From IMG/VR virus record IMGVR_UViG_2912889086_000006, positions 1 through 64,000 of that record: 64,000 bases of DNA; one strand, 5' to 3'. How positions within the stretch are numbered: position 1 is the first letter of the stretch; each line of letters starts with the position of its first letter. The stretch comes from an uncultured virus (IMG/VR IMGVR_UViG_2912889086_000006). Lineage: Duplodnaviria > Heunggongvirae > Uroviricota > Caudoviricetes. The notes below the pieces were generated by a model. That model was not told the DNA's origin, did not search any database, and saw nothing but the letters and a program-made list of their open reading frames with translations. Made by a program: the position numbers and the translations under genes. Positions 1-9,182 of this stretch are shown in pieces.

Positions 1-618
1 TTATTCACTTTTCATTGTAATTATCTTCAAGCCAATCTGTATACGCCTCTTCGCGCATCGCTTCCACATCTGGATCATTAAAAGGATGATCATCAATAGA
101 AATTTCAAATCTTGCATGGCAACCATATCTTCAAAGTGTTCCTCATGAGTAGAGAAATACTCCACAGTAACTTCGTAACATTCACTAAGAGAAGACACTA
201 ATGTTAGTAATTCTCCTTCATGCAGGTTTAGTTCATAGTGCATAATTTCATTTCTTTTTTTGTTTAGATACATTAAACTTTTCTTCAATTTTTCAGGAAC
301 TTCAATATCGCATAAAAGTTCGAGCCTTTTTATTGCTTCGCTGAAGCCCACAGTTTGAAGGTTAGGAGCAACTTCAAAGATATTCTTCTTATCCCGTTTT
401 TTCATATCTTCTTTAGCTTTCATATACGAATTTAGATATTCTCTATCTTTTTTCAACAGATATTTAAAAAGCAGTTCATTTGCGTGATTTAAAGATAAAA
501 TTGCATCTTTAATATGATGATCTTGTCCATCAATTAATTCAGTAATCTTTCCAAGAGAAATGAATGTAGACCTTAACGAATCAACTGCATTGTCTAATAA
601 TGAAAACTTCAATAACAT
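1..618 (-). CDS. HEPN-like protein, probably frameshifted near the 3' end
   Basis: RNEIMH fits the HEPN RxxxxH motif; an alternative frame from ~115 gives a more plausible acidic tail (ARFEISIDDHPFNDPDVEAMREEAYTDWLEDNYNEK*). Confidence 0.55.
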   Translation of the reverse strand: MLLKFSLLDNAVDSLRSTFISLGKITELIDGQDHHIKDAILSLNHANELLFKYLLKKDREYLNSYMKAKEDMKKRDKKNIFEVAPNLQTVGFSEAIKRLELLCDIEVPEKLKKSLMYLNKKRNEIMHYELNLHEGELLTLVSSLSECYEVTVEYFSTHEEHFEDMVAMQDLKFLLMIILLMIQMWKRCAKRRIQIGLKIITMKSE

Positions 619-650
619 CCTTCCTGTAAAATTGTCATTTTATTTTAAAC

Positions 651-1988
651 TTAGATGATTGTTTTGGATTTTCTTTTTAAAAGCTCTTCTAGTCTTGCGA
701 AGTCTGTATCTTTATAAAGAATGTCAATATCGTCGATCAATTGAACACTTTCATCAATATAAATTGAATTACCCAAAGAAGTTGTTTCTGGTCGTTCTCT
801 ATAAAATGTCTGCCATGGAACAGGTTCAGATATTTCAAATACTTCTCGAAGAATTTGACAATGCCCCTTCTTTTTTCTTGTTTGAACAGGAAAAGCATAA
901 TTTTTATAAATAGTGTAGTCATTTGATGACTTGCTTTTATATTTTGTTGACAAGTAACAAATTCCTCGGAAGTCAGAGCTTTGCCTAATCCACTCAAGCA
1001 AAAACTGTGGGATAATATATTCTGGTTTAAATACATTCTTTGGATGCCTCACTTTAACAGAACAAGCAGCAATTAAAACCCAAGTCATAAAGAAATAGTT
1101 AAAGTTAAATTTAGTCTTGCCGCCATAGGTTAGTTCATAGAATTCTTTCACACGGTCTGCTACTTCTTTAGGAGATATGCTTAAATCCATTATTTTTATT
1201 TTTGAATCTTTTAAATTGAGAGCTGATGTTTGGACTGTGTTTAAATCAGGCCTTCCTAATTCTTCCCAGCAAACAAGAGACGAGCTCCCTAAATAAAGAC
1301 AGGGGAATCCTGGAATGCTATATCGATTTGTTTGTATAATTCCTCTTTTTTCAAATGGAATGTGGAACATCTCTTTTCTAGTAAAGAATTCGTTTTTGCC
1401 AATCCTCATCCTATAAAATGTTTCCGGGACACGAATTGCATCATTTTCATGCAAAAGTACTTTTTCTATGTCAACAGTTTCTGAAAGTATTTTCATCGCT
1501 TCTTTAAACTTGCCAAATGCATCACTGGGGGAGCCGTCTAAATACAACTCAATTGTATTAACAATACTTTGTCCGAATTTCTCCATTTGATTAATTATTG
1601 ATGAATCAAACGTACTTGTAACTGGCAGCTTGCGAAGTTCTGAGAAATAATCATTATAAACATTCCTTATAAAAGTATCAAAGTCATTATCACAAGTCTG
1701 TTCTAAAGGAAAAACACATTGCTCATTAATGATATTGAGGATCGGCGAAAAATCTAATGTCCATTCAATTAAAAAATCTACTCGCTCTCTATTTGAAAAG
1801 AAATTTAAATTAATTTCTTCATCTTCAGCTCGTTTAACCTTTTGATTATTTGGCTTACTATAATCAGGTTTTTGCTCTAATTCACAATAAATCTCATAGG
1901 CTAGCTTTTTAACTGAATCGTCAAACTTTTCATACTTTAACATTTGTCTTTTCAAATGATTAGCTTTTTCATACAACGCAATAGTCAT
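651..1988 (-). CDS. RES-domain protein (putative defence/toxin)
   Basis: FYRMR...NRYSIPGFPCLYLGSS..VCWEE...PEYIIPQ...GICYLS pattern typical of RES domains. Confidence 0.75.
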   Translation of the reverse strand: MTIALYEKANHLKRQMLKYEKFDDSVKKLAYEIYCELEQKPDYSKPNNQKVKRAEDEEINLNFFSNRERVDFLIEWTLDFSPILNIINEQCVFPLEQTCDNDFDTFIRNVYNDYFSELRKLPVTSTFDSSIINQMEKFGQSIVNTIELYLDGSPSDAFGKFKEAMKILSETVDIEKVLLHENDAIRVPETFYRMRIGKNEFFTRKEMFHIPFEKRGIIQTNRYSIPGFPCLYLGSSSLVCWEELGRPDLNTVQTSALNLKDSKIKIMDLSISPKEVADRVKEFYELTYGGKTKFNFNYFFMTWVLIAACSVKVRHPKNVFKPEYIIPQFLLEWIRQSSDFRGICYLSTKYKSKSSNDYTIYKNYAFPVQTRKKKGHCQILREVFEISEPVPWQTFYRERPETTSLGNSIYIDESVQLIDDIDILYKDTDFARLEELLKRKSKTII

Positions 1989-2030
1989 TCGATCTGCCCT
2001 TATCCTTTCACCTTATTTAAAAGACTGGTT

Positions 2031-2210
2031 TTATTCAATCTCTTCGCAATAATCTTTAGCGTATTCAGAATCAGTATCGCATACAGCTTTATCACCTTTC
2101 ATCAAGGTCAATTCTCCTTCCCAAGGCTTTACGGTTAATACATCCCCTGATGTGGCACCTGTTTCCCATCCTTCCGGAATATCCTTGATCACTCTATATT
2201 TCTGCTCCAT
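2031..2210 (-). CDS. small hypothetical phage protein (59 aa, MEQKYRVIKDIPEGWETG...), not in ORF track
   Basis: Open frame with GGGAG RBS; fills the gap between flanking genes. Confidence 0.7.
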   Translation of the reverse strand: MEQKYRVIKDIPEGWETGATSGDVLTVKPWEGELTLMKGDKAVCDTDSEYAKDYCEEIE

Positions 2211-2233
2211 AAATACTCCCCCGCTTCCTTCTT

Positions 2234-2524
2234 CTAAAAATATTTCTTACCTTTGTTGCTTTCCTTGATCTTATGTAGCAGCTCATTCATTTCTTTAGTA
2301 TCGGAATCAGGAATCAAATTAGCCTCCAAAAGAATTCGATTTGCTTCCTCTACAACATGTGCAGACATCTCTATACACTCTATATGAAGTTTGGCCAATT
2401 CGCGTAGTTCTTCATTTGTAATTGACTCATCAGGCAGTTTAGACAGCAGCTCTTTCAATCTCTGGACATGTGCGGAAAAAATTAACGTTCTAACTGATGG
2501 GCTGTTATCCATTTGATATATCAT
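2234..2524 (-). CDS. hypothetical phage protein
   Basis: ORF with AAAGGA RBS in co-directional cluster. Confidence 0.65.
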   Translation of the reverse strand: MIYQMDNSPSVRTLIFSAHVQRLKELLSKLPDESITNEELRELAKLHIECIEMSAHVVEEANRILLEANLIPDSDTKEMNELLHKIKESNKGKKYF

Positions 2525-2538
2525 CCTTTTTCAATGAC

Positions 2539-2913
2539 TTAAGAAACCCACAAAAATTTCTCATCGTTATTTCTGGAATCCCTTGAAATTGTAACAGCAT
2601 CACCAATATCATATAGACAATCCAGGTATTCGTTTAAAGCATCAACCCAGCTGTTAAAATCATATTCTGTAGGATCTTCACCATGTTCAATTGATTCTTT
2701 AATCCATTCGAAATTCTCAACAACCATTTTGAAGTCATCAAGAAACAAAACATCAAGAGCGCGGTTGTCCCCTTTGTCAGTTTGTCTTTCTTCTCTTCTA
2801 AGTACAAATTTTAATTTAGGAAGTGCGTTTGTAACAAATTGATGTACAGCCTGATCTGAATCTTCATGTGTCAAGTATTGCTTAATCTTAATCTCATGTC
2901 TCCATACTGGCAT
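2539..2913 (-). CDS. hypothetical phage protein
   Basis: ORF with GGAAGGA RBS. Confidence 0.7.
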   Translation of the reverse strand: MPVWRHEIKIKQYLTHEDSDQAVHQFVTNALPKLKFVLRREERQTDKGDNRALDVLFLDDFKMVVENFEWIKESIEHGEDPTEYDFNSWVDALNEYLDCLYDIGDAVTISRDSRNNDEKFLWVS

Positions 2914-2996
2914 CTTGTATCCTTCCTTTCAAAGACTATAAGTTGTTCAGTTTTGTTTTCTAATAAAAGTATGGTTTTATTCAGACACTTTAAAAT

Positions 2997-3212
2997 TCAC
3001 TCATCTTTTTCGAATTTTATTAAATCACCTGGTTCACAATTGAAATGTTTACAAAGCTTATCAAGTAATTCCCTTGGGTATCGTTCCATGTCATCGTTGT
3101 ACATTTTTCTAACGGTTTCTTTTCCATGATTTATTTCGGCACTTAACCGAGAAATTGAAATTCCTGCTTCGTCTGCAATCGCCTTTAAATTTGATCTAAT
3201 CATTTTTCTCAC
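2997..3212 (-). CDS. XRE/Cro-type HTH transcriptional regulator
   Basis: [21 protein letters not shown]...[16 protein letters not shown] typical of HTH_26 proteins; GAGGTG RBS. Confidence 0.85.
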   Translation of the reverse strand: MRKMIRSNLKAIADEAGISISRLSAEINHGKETVRKMYNDDMERYPRELLDKLCKHFNCEPGDLIKFEKDE

Positions 3213-3222
3213 CTCTTATACA

Positions 3223-3251
3223 ACTTTACTTTGACTATTTAAAAACGTCAA
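3223..3251 (-). promoter_or_regulatory. sigmaA-like promoter of HTH gene containing operator TGACTA-N7-(TA/AC)GTCA
   Basis: TTGACG-17-TAAAGT on minus strand; operator at 3232-3250. Confidence 0.6.
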
Positions 3252-3275
3252 TCAGAATTTTCCTATTTCAGAAAA

Positions 3276-3442
3276 TGCCCGCGACTTTTCGGGTTGGCTG
3301 TTATATCGTTTCTGCAAAAATTGCCCGCAACTTTTATACGCTGCTGTTATACTGTTTTAATTTTTTATTGAGCTAGGTGGTATCTTAAAAAATCCCTTTG
3401 CGTATCAAAATTTGCCCGCAATAAAAGACAGAAGCTGTTATA
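3276..3442. repeat. three bipartite direct repeats TGCCCGC-N14-GCTGTTATA
   Basis: Copies at 3276-3305, 3322-3351, 3413-3442. Confidence 0.85.
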
Positions 3443-3732
3443 CACTTTACAGTATTAACCCTTCTCTTCAGAAATAAATTTTTCATAAAATAATGTTTTT
3501 ATTCAAGATCAGAATCAATCTATAATGATGATTGTTATTTTAATTAGTTTTTAATGAAAGTAAGGCGACTTTACACGCCAAGAAATATATTCGTTAATGC
3601 TGCCGTGGTGTTCCTTTTCAAACTCAAAATATCCCTCTGCACTTGCTCCTGCGTCCCCCATTCTTTGACCATGTCACAGGATTCTGGTGTAAGTATGATT
3701 TGATTTGTTCTCTCGTTTCGTGGAATAGGTTG

Positions 3733-4206
3733 TTATGTAAGTTCATTTATGCCGCTCCTTTGAATTGGTTTTATAATACTCATCATCTGTTTATCCCTTC
3801 TGGTTATCTCTTTATTATGATAAAGATGTAAAACGCAATCTTTAAATGCTTCTGCGAAGTCTTCCATATAGTTGAATTCGGCTCGTTTGCTTTTGTTATT
3901 TGTGGAGAAGACAAATTTTTGGCCTTGTAATAATTGAAAATGAATAGCATGGCCAATTTCATGGATAATTGTTTGTATCATCTTATCATGATCTTGGGTA
4001 TCAATAATTTTTATTACTTTGTTGTCAGTGTTATAAGTCCCCACTATTAGGTTTACATCTTCTGGATCTACATTTCCGACTCCGTATAATGTAGCACTTT
4101 GAAATTTGTATTCAATCTGATTCAATATGTTAGGGAATACCGTTTCTATAAGCTCCCTTGCTTCATCATGTGAAATATGTACACCTGTTAAGCTTGTCAA
4201 ATTCAT
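3733..4206 (-). CDS. putative zinc metallopeptidase (HExxH)
   Basis: TIIHEIGHAIH plus downstream EDFAEAF. Confidence 0.7.
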   Translation of the reverse strand: MNLTSLTGVHISHDEARELIETVFPNILNQIEYKFQSATLYGVGNVDPEDVNLIVGTYNTDNKVIKIIDTQDHDKMIQTIIHEIGHAIHFQLLQGQKFVFSTNNKSKRAEFNYMEDFAEAFKDCVLHLYHNKEITRRDKQMMSIIKPIQRSGINELT

Positions 4207-4331
4207 GAAAACACCCCTTCTTTTTCAAAAATTATAACAAATTATTTGTTTAAAATTCATGTTTTATTTAGTTATTTTCCGGTGTGATTTTATACATGCC
4301 TGTAGCTCTCTGTTTTTTGCCTGAATTTATT

Positions 4332-4562
4332 TTAACTGTTTTCTAGTTGATAAGAACAGAAAACAGAATTTCGATCAATGTCTTTCGTATATGTATCCAC
4401 TGTTAAATAATTTGAATAGCCTGCAGTCTTTAGAATAGCTTTACTCATCCTTAATAAATCAAACTGTATGTCATAGTCTGACTGATGAAATTCTGATTCA
4501 CTGGAAAACTCCGCGTAAATCTCAAAGTAAGAAACATCAAATTTAAAGCTAATGATTTTCAT
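4332..4562 (-). CDS. hypothetical phage protein
   Basis: ORF with GGAGGG RBS. Confidence 0.6.
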   Translation of the reverse strand: MKIISFKFDVSYFEIYAEFSSESEFHQSDYDIQFDLLRMSKAILKTAGYSNYLTVDTYTKDIDRNSVFCSYQLENS

Positions 4563-4633
4563 AACCTGTCCCTCCGCTTAGTTTTCCTATATTATACAAT
4601 CAAACGTAATATGAATGAAACTGCTGTTTTATT

Positions 4634-4933
4634 TCAACCAAGTTTATTTATTTTCTTGAGCTCGGCCGCCAACTCTCTAAAGTTCCTAAACCACGCTCCG
4701 TATTTAGTATCACCGTTGCCACAATAAACGTTTACGCAAGATTCCTCTCCCTCTGAATAGTAACCTTCCCCATCAACAAATACAAAATATTTAATGTACA
4801 TTGATTTTAGAAAGATATATGTCAATTTCTGATTTCTATTTCTTCTACTTCTTACAGCTTCGATAATTATATTTTCTTGTTCTAACTCTTCTTTTAATTT
4901 AAGATAATCCAATGTACATTTATTTGTTTTCAT
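4634..4933 (-). CDS. hypothetical phage protein
   Basis: ORF with GGAG RBS. Confidence 0.65.
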   Translation of the reverse strand: MKTNKCTLDYLKLKEELEQENIIIEAVRSRRNRNQKLTYIFLKSMYIKYFVFVDGEGYYSEGEESCVNVYCGNGDTKYGAWFRNFRELAAELKKINKLG

Positions 4934-4965
4934 TTTGCTCTCTCCATTCAGTTTAAATTGTTGTT

Positions 4966-5220
4966 TTATGCAATCTGAATCACATGTGAAATGTAATCAA
5001 GTCCTTCAAACTCCATAGCGGTCATAACTGTTTCAGTGTAATAAATGCCCTTATCCAGTTCATGAATTTCAATACCCCTAGATGACAAATAATCTAAGAC
5101 ATTATCATTTATATTGTTCAATGAAAATACAATTCCGTTTGCACATTCGAACCGTTTTGGATTTGTTGAAACCTTACCTCTTAAAATTTCCTCAATGGTT
5201 TTTAAATCTAAATGTCTCAT
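4966..5220 (-). CDS. hypothetical phage protein (start MRHLDLK)
   Basis: ORF; GGAGTGG RBS before ATG 5220. Confidence 0.6.
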   Translation of the reverse strand: MRHLDLKTIEEILRGKVSTNPKRFECANGIVFSLNNINDNVLDYLSSRGIEIHELDKGIYYTETVMTAMEFEGLDYISHVIQIA

Positions 5221-5254
5221 GTTTAACCACTCCATTCTGTTTAAAATATGCATT

Positions 5255-5449
5255 TTATTTATTTAATAGTTGATACACGTTTTCCATACTATCCATCATG
5301 TCGTGATCCATCGTATGAAATACTTCTAAGTCATACTCTTCTAAAAGCACATTTTCTAATTCTTCGTACTTCTCATCAATTTTTAGTTCGTATTCTCTAG
5401 CTACCATTAGCATGGATTTAAACGCATGAATTAAATCCATTTCATTCAT
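5255..5449 (-). CDS. hypothetical acidic phage protein
   Basis: ORF with AAAGGGA RBS. Confidence 0.6.
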   Translation of the reverse strand: MNEMDLIHAFKSMLMVAREYELKIDEKYEELENVLLEEYDLEVFHTMDHDMMDSMENVYQLLNK

Positions 5450-5513
5450 ACTAACATCCCTTTTCTTTTTAATTTGTATTTTATTGCATGAATAATATAG
5501 AGTTATTCCTGTT

Positions 5514-5576
5514 GCAACCTCCCCAGTGAGGGGAACGCTGGCGGCTTAATGCCTATTTAACGTCGCCGCCACGACT
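5514..5576 (-). ncRNA. pistol self-cleaving ribozyme
   Basis: Minus strand: GUCG-UGGCGG-CGAC G UUAAAUAG GCA UUAAG CCGCCA GCG UUCCCC-UCACU-GGGGAG GU UGC. Contains P1, loop/CCGCCA pseudoknot, P2, P3, the conserved UUAAAUAG/UUAAG/GCG segments and the GU cleavage site. Confidence 0.9.
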
Positions 5577-5634
5577 GTAATGCGATGTCTGTTATATCTT
5601 TCTTATTATAAATATCCTTTTAATTCGCCTTAAT

Positions 5635-5837
5635 TTATTGTTTTAATAATCTTTTTTGTGTCATTACCCAGTCGCCTATCTTTTCAACAACTTCGTTAAA
5701 ATCATTGGGAAACGGGGGTAATCATCACAAAGTTTACTATCTGTTATGCTGTCGGCTTGCTCCCAAAACTCCCGGATTTCATATGCTGAATTTTTGAACT
5801 GCATTAATGCGTTTAATAATTTTTCGTTGTTTGTCAT
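5635..5837 (-). pseudogene. small phage gene (MTNNEKLLNAL...) with apparent frameshift in a C-run at ~5715
   Basis: RBS before ATG 5837; the other frame continues FPNDFNEVVEKIGDWVMTQKRLLKQ*. Confidence 0.5.
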
Positions 5838-5869
5838 TGTTAAATCCTTCCTATCTATGTAAAATATCT

Positions 5870-6463
5870 TTACTCGCAATATTCTTCTGTTACACTGATT
5901 TCAAAAGAACTGTTATCACTCTCTACACTGCTAGTATATAAGCCTTTCATAAACTCGTATACTTCATAAGAATTGTCGTTTTTAGAAGTGTACCATTCTT
6001 CTATATGTTCGTTCCTTATTGCGATAGCTTTTTTGTTTGCTTCGTGTCGATCGTAGAACACACCTTTAATGCCCCAAGTGTGCCCTTCTCTCCCTCTGTC
6101 CCGAATATGCAGAGTATAGATGACAAACACCCTGTTAGGTTCTTTGGCTTCTTCCCATTTCCTCCCGGTGAACTCCTCCCACTCTGCTATCTGTTGCGGA
6201 GTAGGATATGCAATTAATTTATATTCATACTCGTCTTGAACAAAATCTATTTTTTCATCTTCTGTGTACTGTTTAAATTTTGTTACGAGCTCCCCGGCTT
6301 CTTCATCAGTCCAATCATTAGAAAGATAATCTTGAACCAAGTCCTCAAAAATATCGTTTAGCGTAGTATGGTGTGAAAAGTCTCCTGTTTGAAGATCCTT
6401 AATGATATACTGTTTTGTCATTTTAACCGCTCCATTCTCAATTAACATATGTTTCAAATTCAT
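5870..6463 (-). CDS. hypothetical phage protein (likely start MTKQYII at 6421)
   Basis: Long ORF; GGAGCGG RBS before 6421. Confidence 0.7.
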   Translation of the reverse strand: MNLKHMLIENGAVKMTKQYIIKDLQTGDFSHHTTLNDIFEDLVQDYLSNDWTDEEAGELVTKFKQYTEDEKIDFVQDEYEYKLIAYPTPQQIAEWEEFTGRKWEEAKEPNRVFVIYTLHIRDRGREGHTWGIKGVFYDRHEANKKAIAIRNEHIEEWYTSKNDNSYEVYEFMKGLYTSSVESDNSSFEISVTEEYCE

Positions 6464-6800
6464 CTGCTAAGCTAGTATTAAAAAATCTGACTGCCTCAAT
6501 AAAATAGTGAACTCTATTTTCAAACTCTTTTACATCCCCTAAATCACTTCTTTCTTTAGATAAGTTTAGCCAATTTAATACCTCATTGAATTGCTTTCTG
6601 ATTTCATCATCGGATAAAATAACATCTCGTTCATAGTCTCTGACGGGCTGGTTAGTTTCATCGTTTTTAACTCCAAACGCTTGTCTAATTATTGCGATTT
6701 GTGTCATTACCCTCAAACTCTGCTCTCTTGTTCGTAGTACCTGAGTATCTAAATCAATTACTTTTTCCATTAACTTTTTATTTCTCATTTTTTTCTCCAT
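6438..6800 (-). CDS. hypothetical phage protein
   Basis: ORF directly downstream of an operator-bearing promoter. Confidence 0.7.
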   Translation of the reverse strand: MEKKMRNKKLMEKVIDLDTQVLRTREQSLRVMTQIAIIRQAFGVKNDETNQPVRDYERDVILSDDEIRKQFNEVLNWLNLSKERSDLGDVKEFENRVHYFIEAVRFFNTSLADEFETYVN

Positions 6801-6880
6801 TTTCCACTCGAGATATCCAGTATTATTTTACTTTTAATTTGTTTGTTGTGTTTTTCTATAACGCTTTCTCTTATGATTTT

Positions 6881-6909
6881 ATTATACTATGACTACGTTA
6901 AATAGTCAA
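6881..6909 (-). promoter_or_regulatory. sigmaA promoter with TGACTA-N7-TAGTCA operator
   Basis: TTGACT-17-TATAAT on minus strand; palindrome 6890-6908. Confidence 0.8.
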
Positions 6910-6919
6910 TATATTTCTT

Positions 6920-8872
6920 TTAATTTGTTAATGGTATTTTTGAGTTGTATTGACTTATTAAATATGTCGCGTATTTCTTAACGTCATTTAAGGTTTCTGT
7001 GGTCAACATTGTATGAACTTCCCTGTCTTTAAAAAAGATTCGAAACGCTCCCCATGTCTTGCAAATAAACCACTCACCATAAACATAAGCCCGCTTTTTC
7101 TCTCGATGATTCATGAAATTAAATTCTTTATCTTCTGCTTTAAACTCAATAATGTTATCAATCTTGGAAACCTGTTTTTTGATTTTTTCTTTCTCTGTAT
7201 GTCTAATTCTGTCCTTTGCTTCGGATAGCTTTTTTTTAAATTCCTCTGGAATTTCTGCAAGCTGAAGCATCACGGCATTTTCTCTATCCATTAATCTATT
7301 GTATCTGCTCATATTACGCCCAGAACGTCCAGTAACTACCCAAGAAGGGTTATTCCCTTTTAAGGTTAAATGCTTCACGCACAGATCATAATAACGCTTT
7401 TTGAACCGCTGCAAGTCCTTTTTTAGATGGTATGACACACTTTGATTATCAGTTGTTTTTATTAGCTTTTTAACCTCATCATTCCAAGAATTAAACAGGT
7501 TTTGGATTTCCTTTGTATGATCTCTTTTGGTTGTTCTAAAAATCCAATGTGCATCATGTTCGCGGTCTTGTAACTTTTGATCAATTACATATGTTTCGAT
7601 ATCATCAATATCTATTTCAGGATATTCAAAGGCGTTTTCTTGATTTTTAAGATCATTCGAGCTTAGTTCCTTAGCAAGTGAAATTGTACTATCTGATTGT
7701 TTGGCATACCAACACTTAGAATAACGTGACCACCGGAACCCGGCCGCTTTCATCTGCTCCCGTATCTCTTCAGATGGTTTAGAACTAAAACGGATTTCAA
7801 CACCGTTTTTTTCTTCGTTCAGTGTATATGTAACTGTTGTTTCTTTTTCTGCAGTTCCTTGAGCGTTTTCCTCTACTGTTTCGTTTGTTGTTTCGACTGA
7901 ATCACCTGTTAAAAGGTTTTCTTTTTGAGCTGTGTCTCTTTTTGCCTTTACATATACAGTCTTTTCTGTTACCTCTTCAACCTCTTTCAACTCTGCAAAG
8001 TGAAAGCATCCTTTTTCAAGTAGTCTTTTGAAATTAGTTTCGGAAAAGTAAGCAGTGTTCGCTGAATTGCTTGAGCCAGTAAGCTCTTTATTTAATTTTT
8101 TATTCATTCTTATGAAAGATACAGACAATTTCCCGTTAAACTCTTGTTTTCTGGTTAATTTATAAACGTATCCTTGTTGTACGCCATATGTCAAAGGCTT
8201 ATCAATTACAAGGTATGTTTGTCCCTCTTGAGCTTCTTCAATAGTCAGATCAATTGATACAGGTTTTACAACCTTTTTGACAACTTGTTTTTTAACTGGA
8301 ATTAGCTTTGATTGTTCATTGATTTTGTTTTCTAAACCGTCGATGAATTTCACAAGTTTAGCTTGCGATTCTTCTTTATTATTCCAATCAAAGAAAGAAA
8401 AAGCGCGATTACCTTTTGCAATGATTTCCCCGTCTTTTTCGATATGCCAATTTGTTCGACTTGGATTGGCATGTTTAAAAACTGGATACTGAGAGACAAC
8501 AACAGTTTCCATTTCTTCTTTTTGTCTCATTTTTTCAATGATTTTTCTAGACGTTTCTTTTTCGTTTTCACTTGCTGCACTATCGTTAATTGTTGCTTGA
8601 AGTTTTGCAATTTTAGCATGATCAATAGTGTAACCTTTTTTCGTTACCTTTTTGCCTGATTTACCTAGATCATATTTGCAAATATCAATAAGAATTATGT
8701 ATCCGTCTTTTTCTGCAATACCATCCCATGATGCGGGATCAAAATAGTCAGTCATTGGATCGCTTTTGTCTTGTTTATATCCATATACCTTCCAGCCTCT
8801 TTTTTTAAGCTCTCCCATAATTTCAACCTTTGCCGTTCTTTTATCATAAATAGATAATGCCATTTTAAACAA
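6920..8872 (-). CDS. large hypothetical early protein (contains GVEIRFSSKPSEEIREQMKAAGFRWS motif seen in DUF3560-like MGE proteins)
   Basis: 650-aa ORF, AAGGAG RBS. Confidence 0.75.
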   Translation of the reverse strand: MFKMALSIYDKRTAKVEIMGELKKRGWKVYGYKQDKSDPMTDYFDPASWDGIAEKDGYIILIDICKYDLGKSGKKVTKKGYTIDHAKIAKLQATINDSAASENEKETSRKIIEKMRQKEEMETVVVSQYPVFKHANPSRTNWHIEKDGEIIAKGNRAFSFFDWNNKEESQAKLVKFIDGLENKINEQSKLIPVKKQVVKKVVKPVSIDLTIEEAQEGQTYLVIDKPLTYGVQQGYVYKLTRKQEFNGKLSVSFIRMNKKLNKELTGSSNSANTAYFSETNFKRLLEKGCFHFAELKEVEEVTEKTVYVKAKRDTAQKENLLTGDSVETTNETVEENAQGTAEKETTVTYTLNEEKNGVEIRFSSKPSEEIREQMKAAGFRWSRYSKCWYAKQSDSTISLAKELSSNDLKNQENAFEYPEIDIDDIETYVIDQKLQDREHDAHWIFRTTKRDHTKEIQNLFNSWNDEVKKLIKTTDNQSVSYHLKKDLQRFKKRYYDLCVKHLTLKGNNPSWVVTGRSGRNMSRYNRLMDRENAVMLQLAEIPEEFKKKLSEAKDRIRHTEKEKIKKQVSKIDNIIEFKAEDKEFNFMNHREKKRAYVYGEWFICKTWGAFRIFFKDREVHTMLTTETLNDVKKYATYLISQYNSKIPLTN

Positions 8873-8903
8873 CTCCTTTTAATTTGTCATTTGATCTATT
8901 ATT

Positions 8904-8932
8904 ATATTATCATGACTATTTTAGATAGTCAA
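8904..8932 (-). promoter_or_regulatory. sigmaA-like promoter with TGACTA-N7-TAGTCA operator
   Basis: TTGACT-17-TAATAT on minus strand; palindrome 8913-8931. Confidence 0.7.
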
Positions 8933-9182
8933 TTATTTTTTATTAATATTTTTAATTTGTATGTAATTATATTTATAAGTCTGTGAAGGGTTTGGGATGG
9001 TGCAGACCAAAACATTTAAGGCAGCGAAGCTGTTTTAAATGTTTGTCAGCATCCCAAGGTTTTTCTTTCTATTCTTTTAATTTATATATTTAAATTATTT
9101 TCGTCTTTTCTAAAGAGTTAGGCTCAAAAACCATTGATATGACTGAACTTTTTCAAATGGTTAAGAGGTTTTTCCTCTTTAC

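Noticed and set aside
3276..3442. CRISPR array
   Set aside because: Repeats are bipartite with variable cores and irregular spacing, and there are no cas genes
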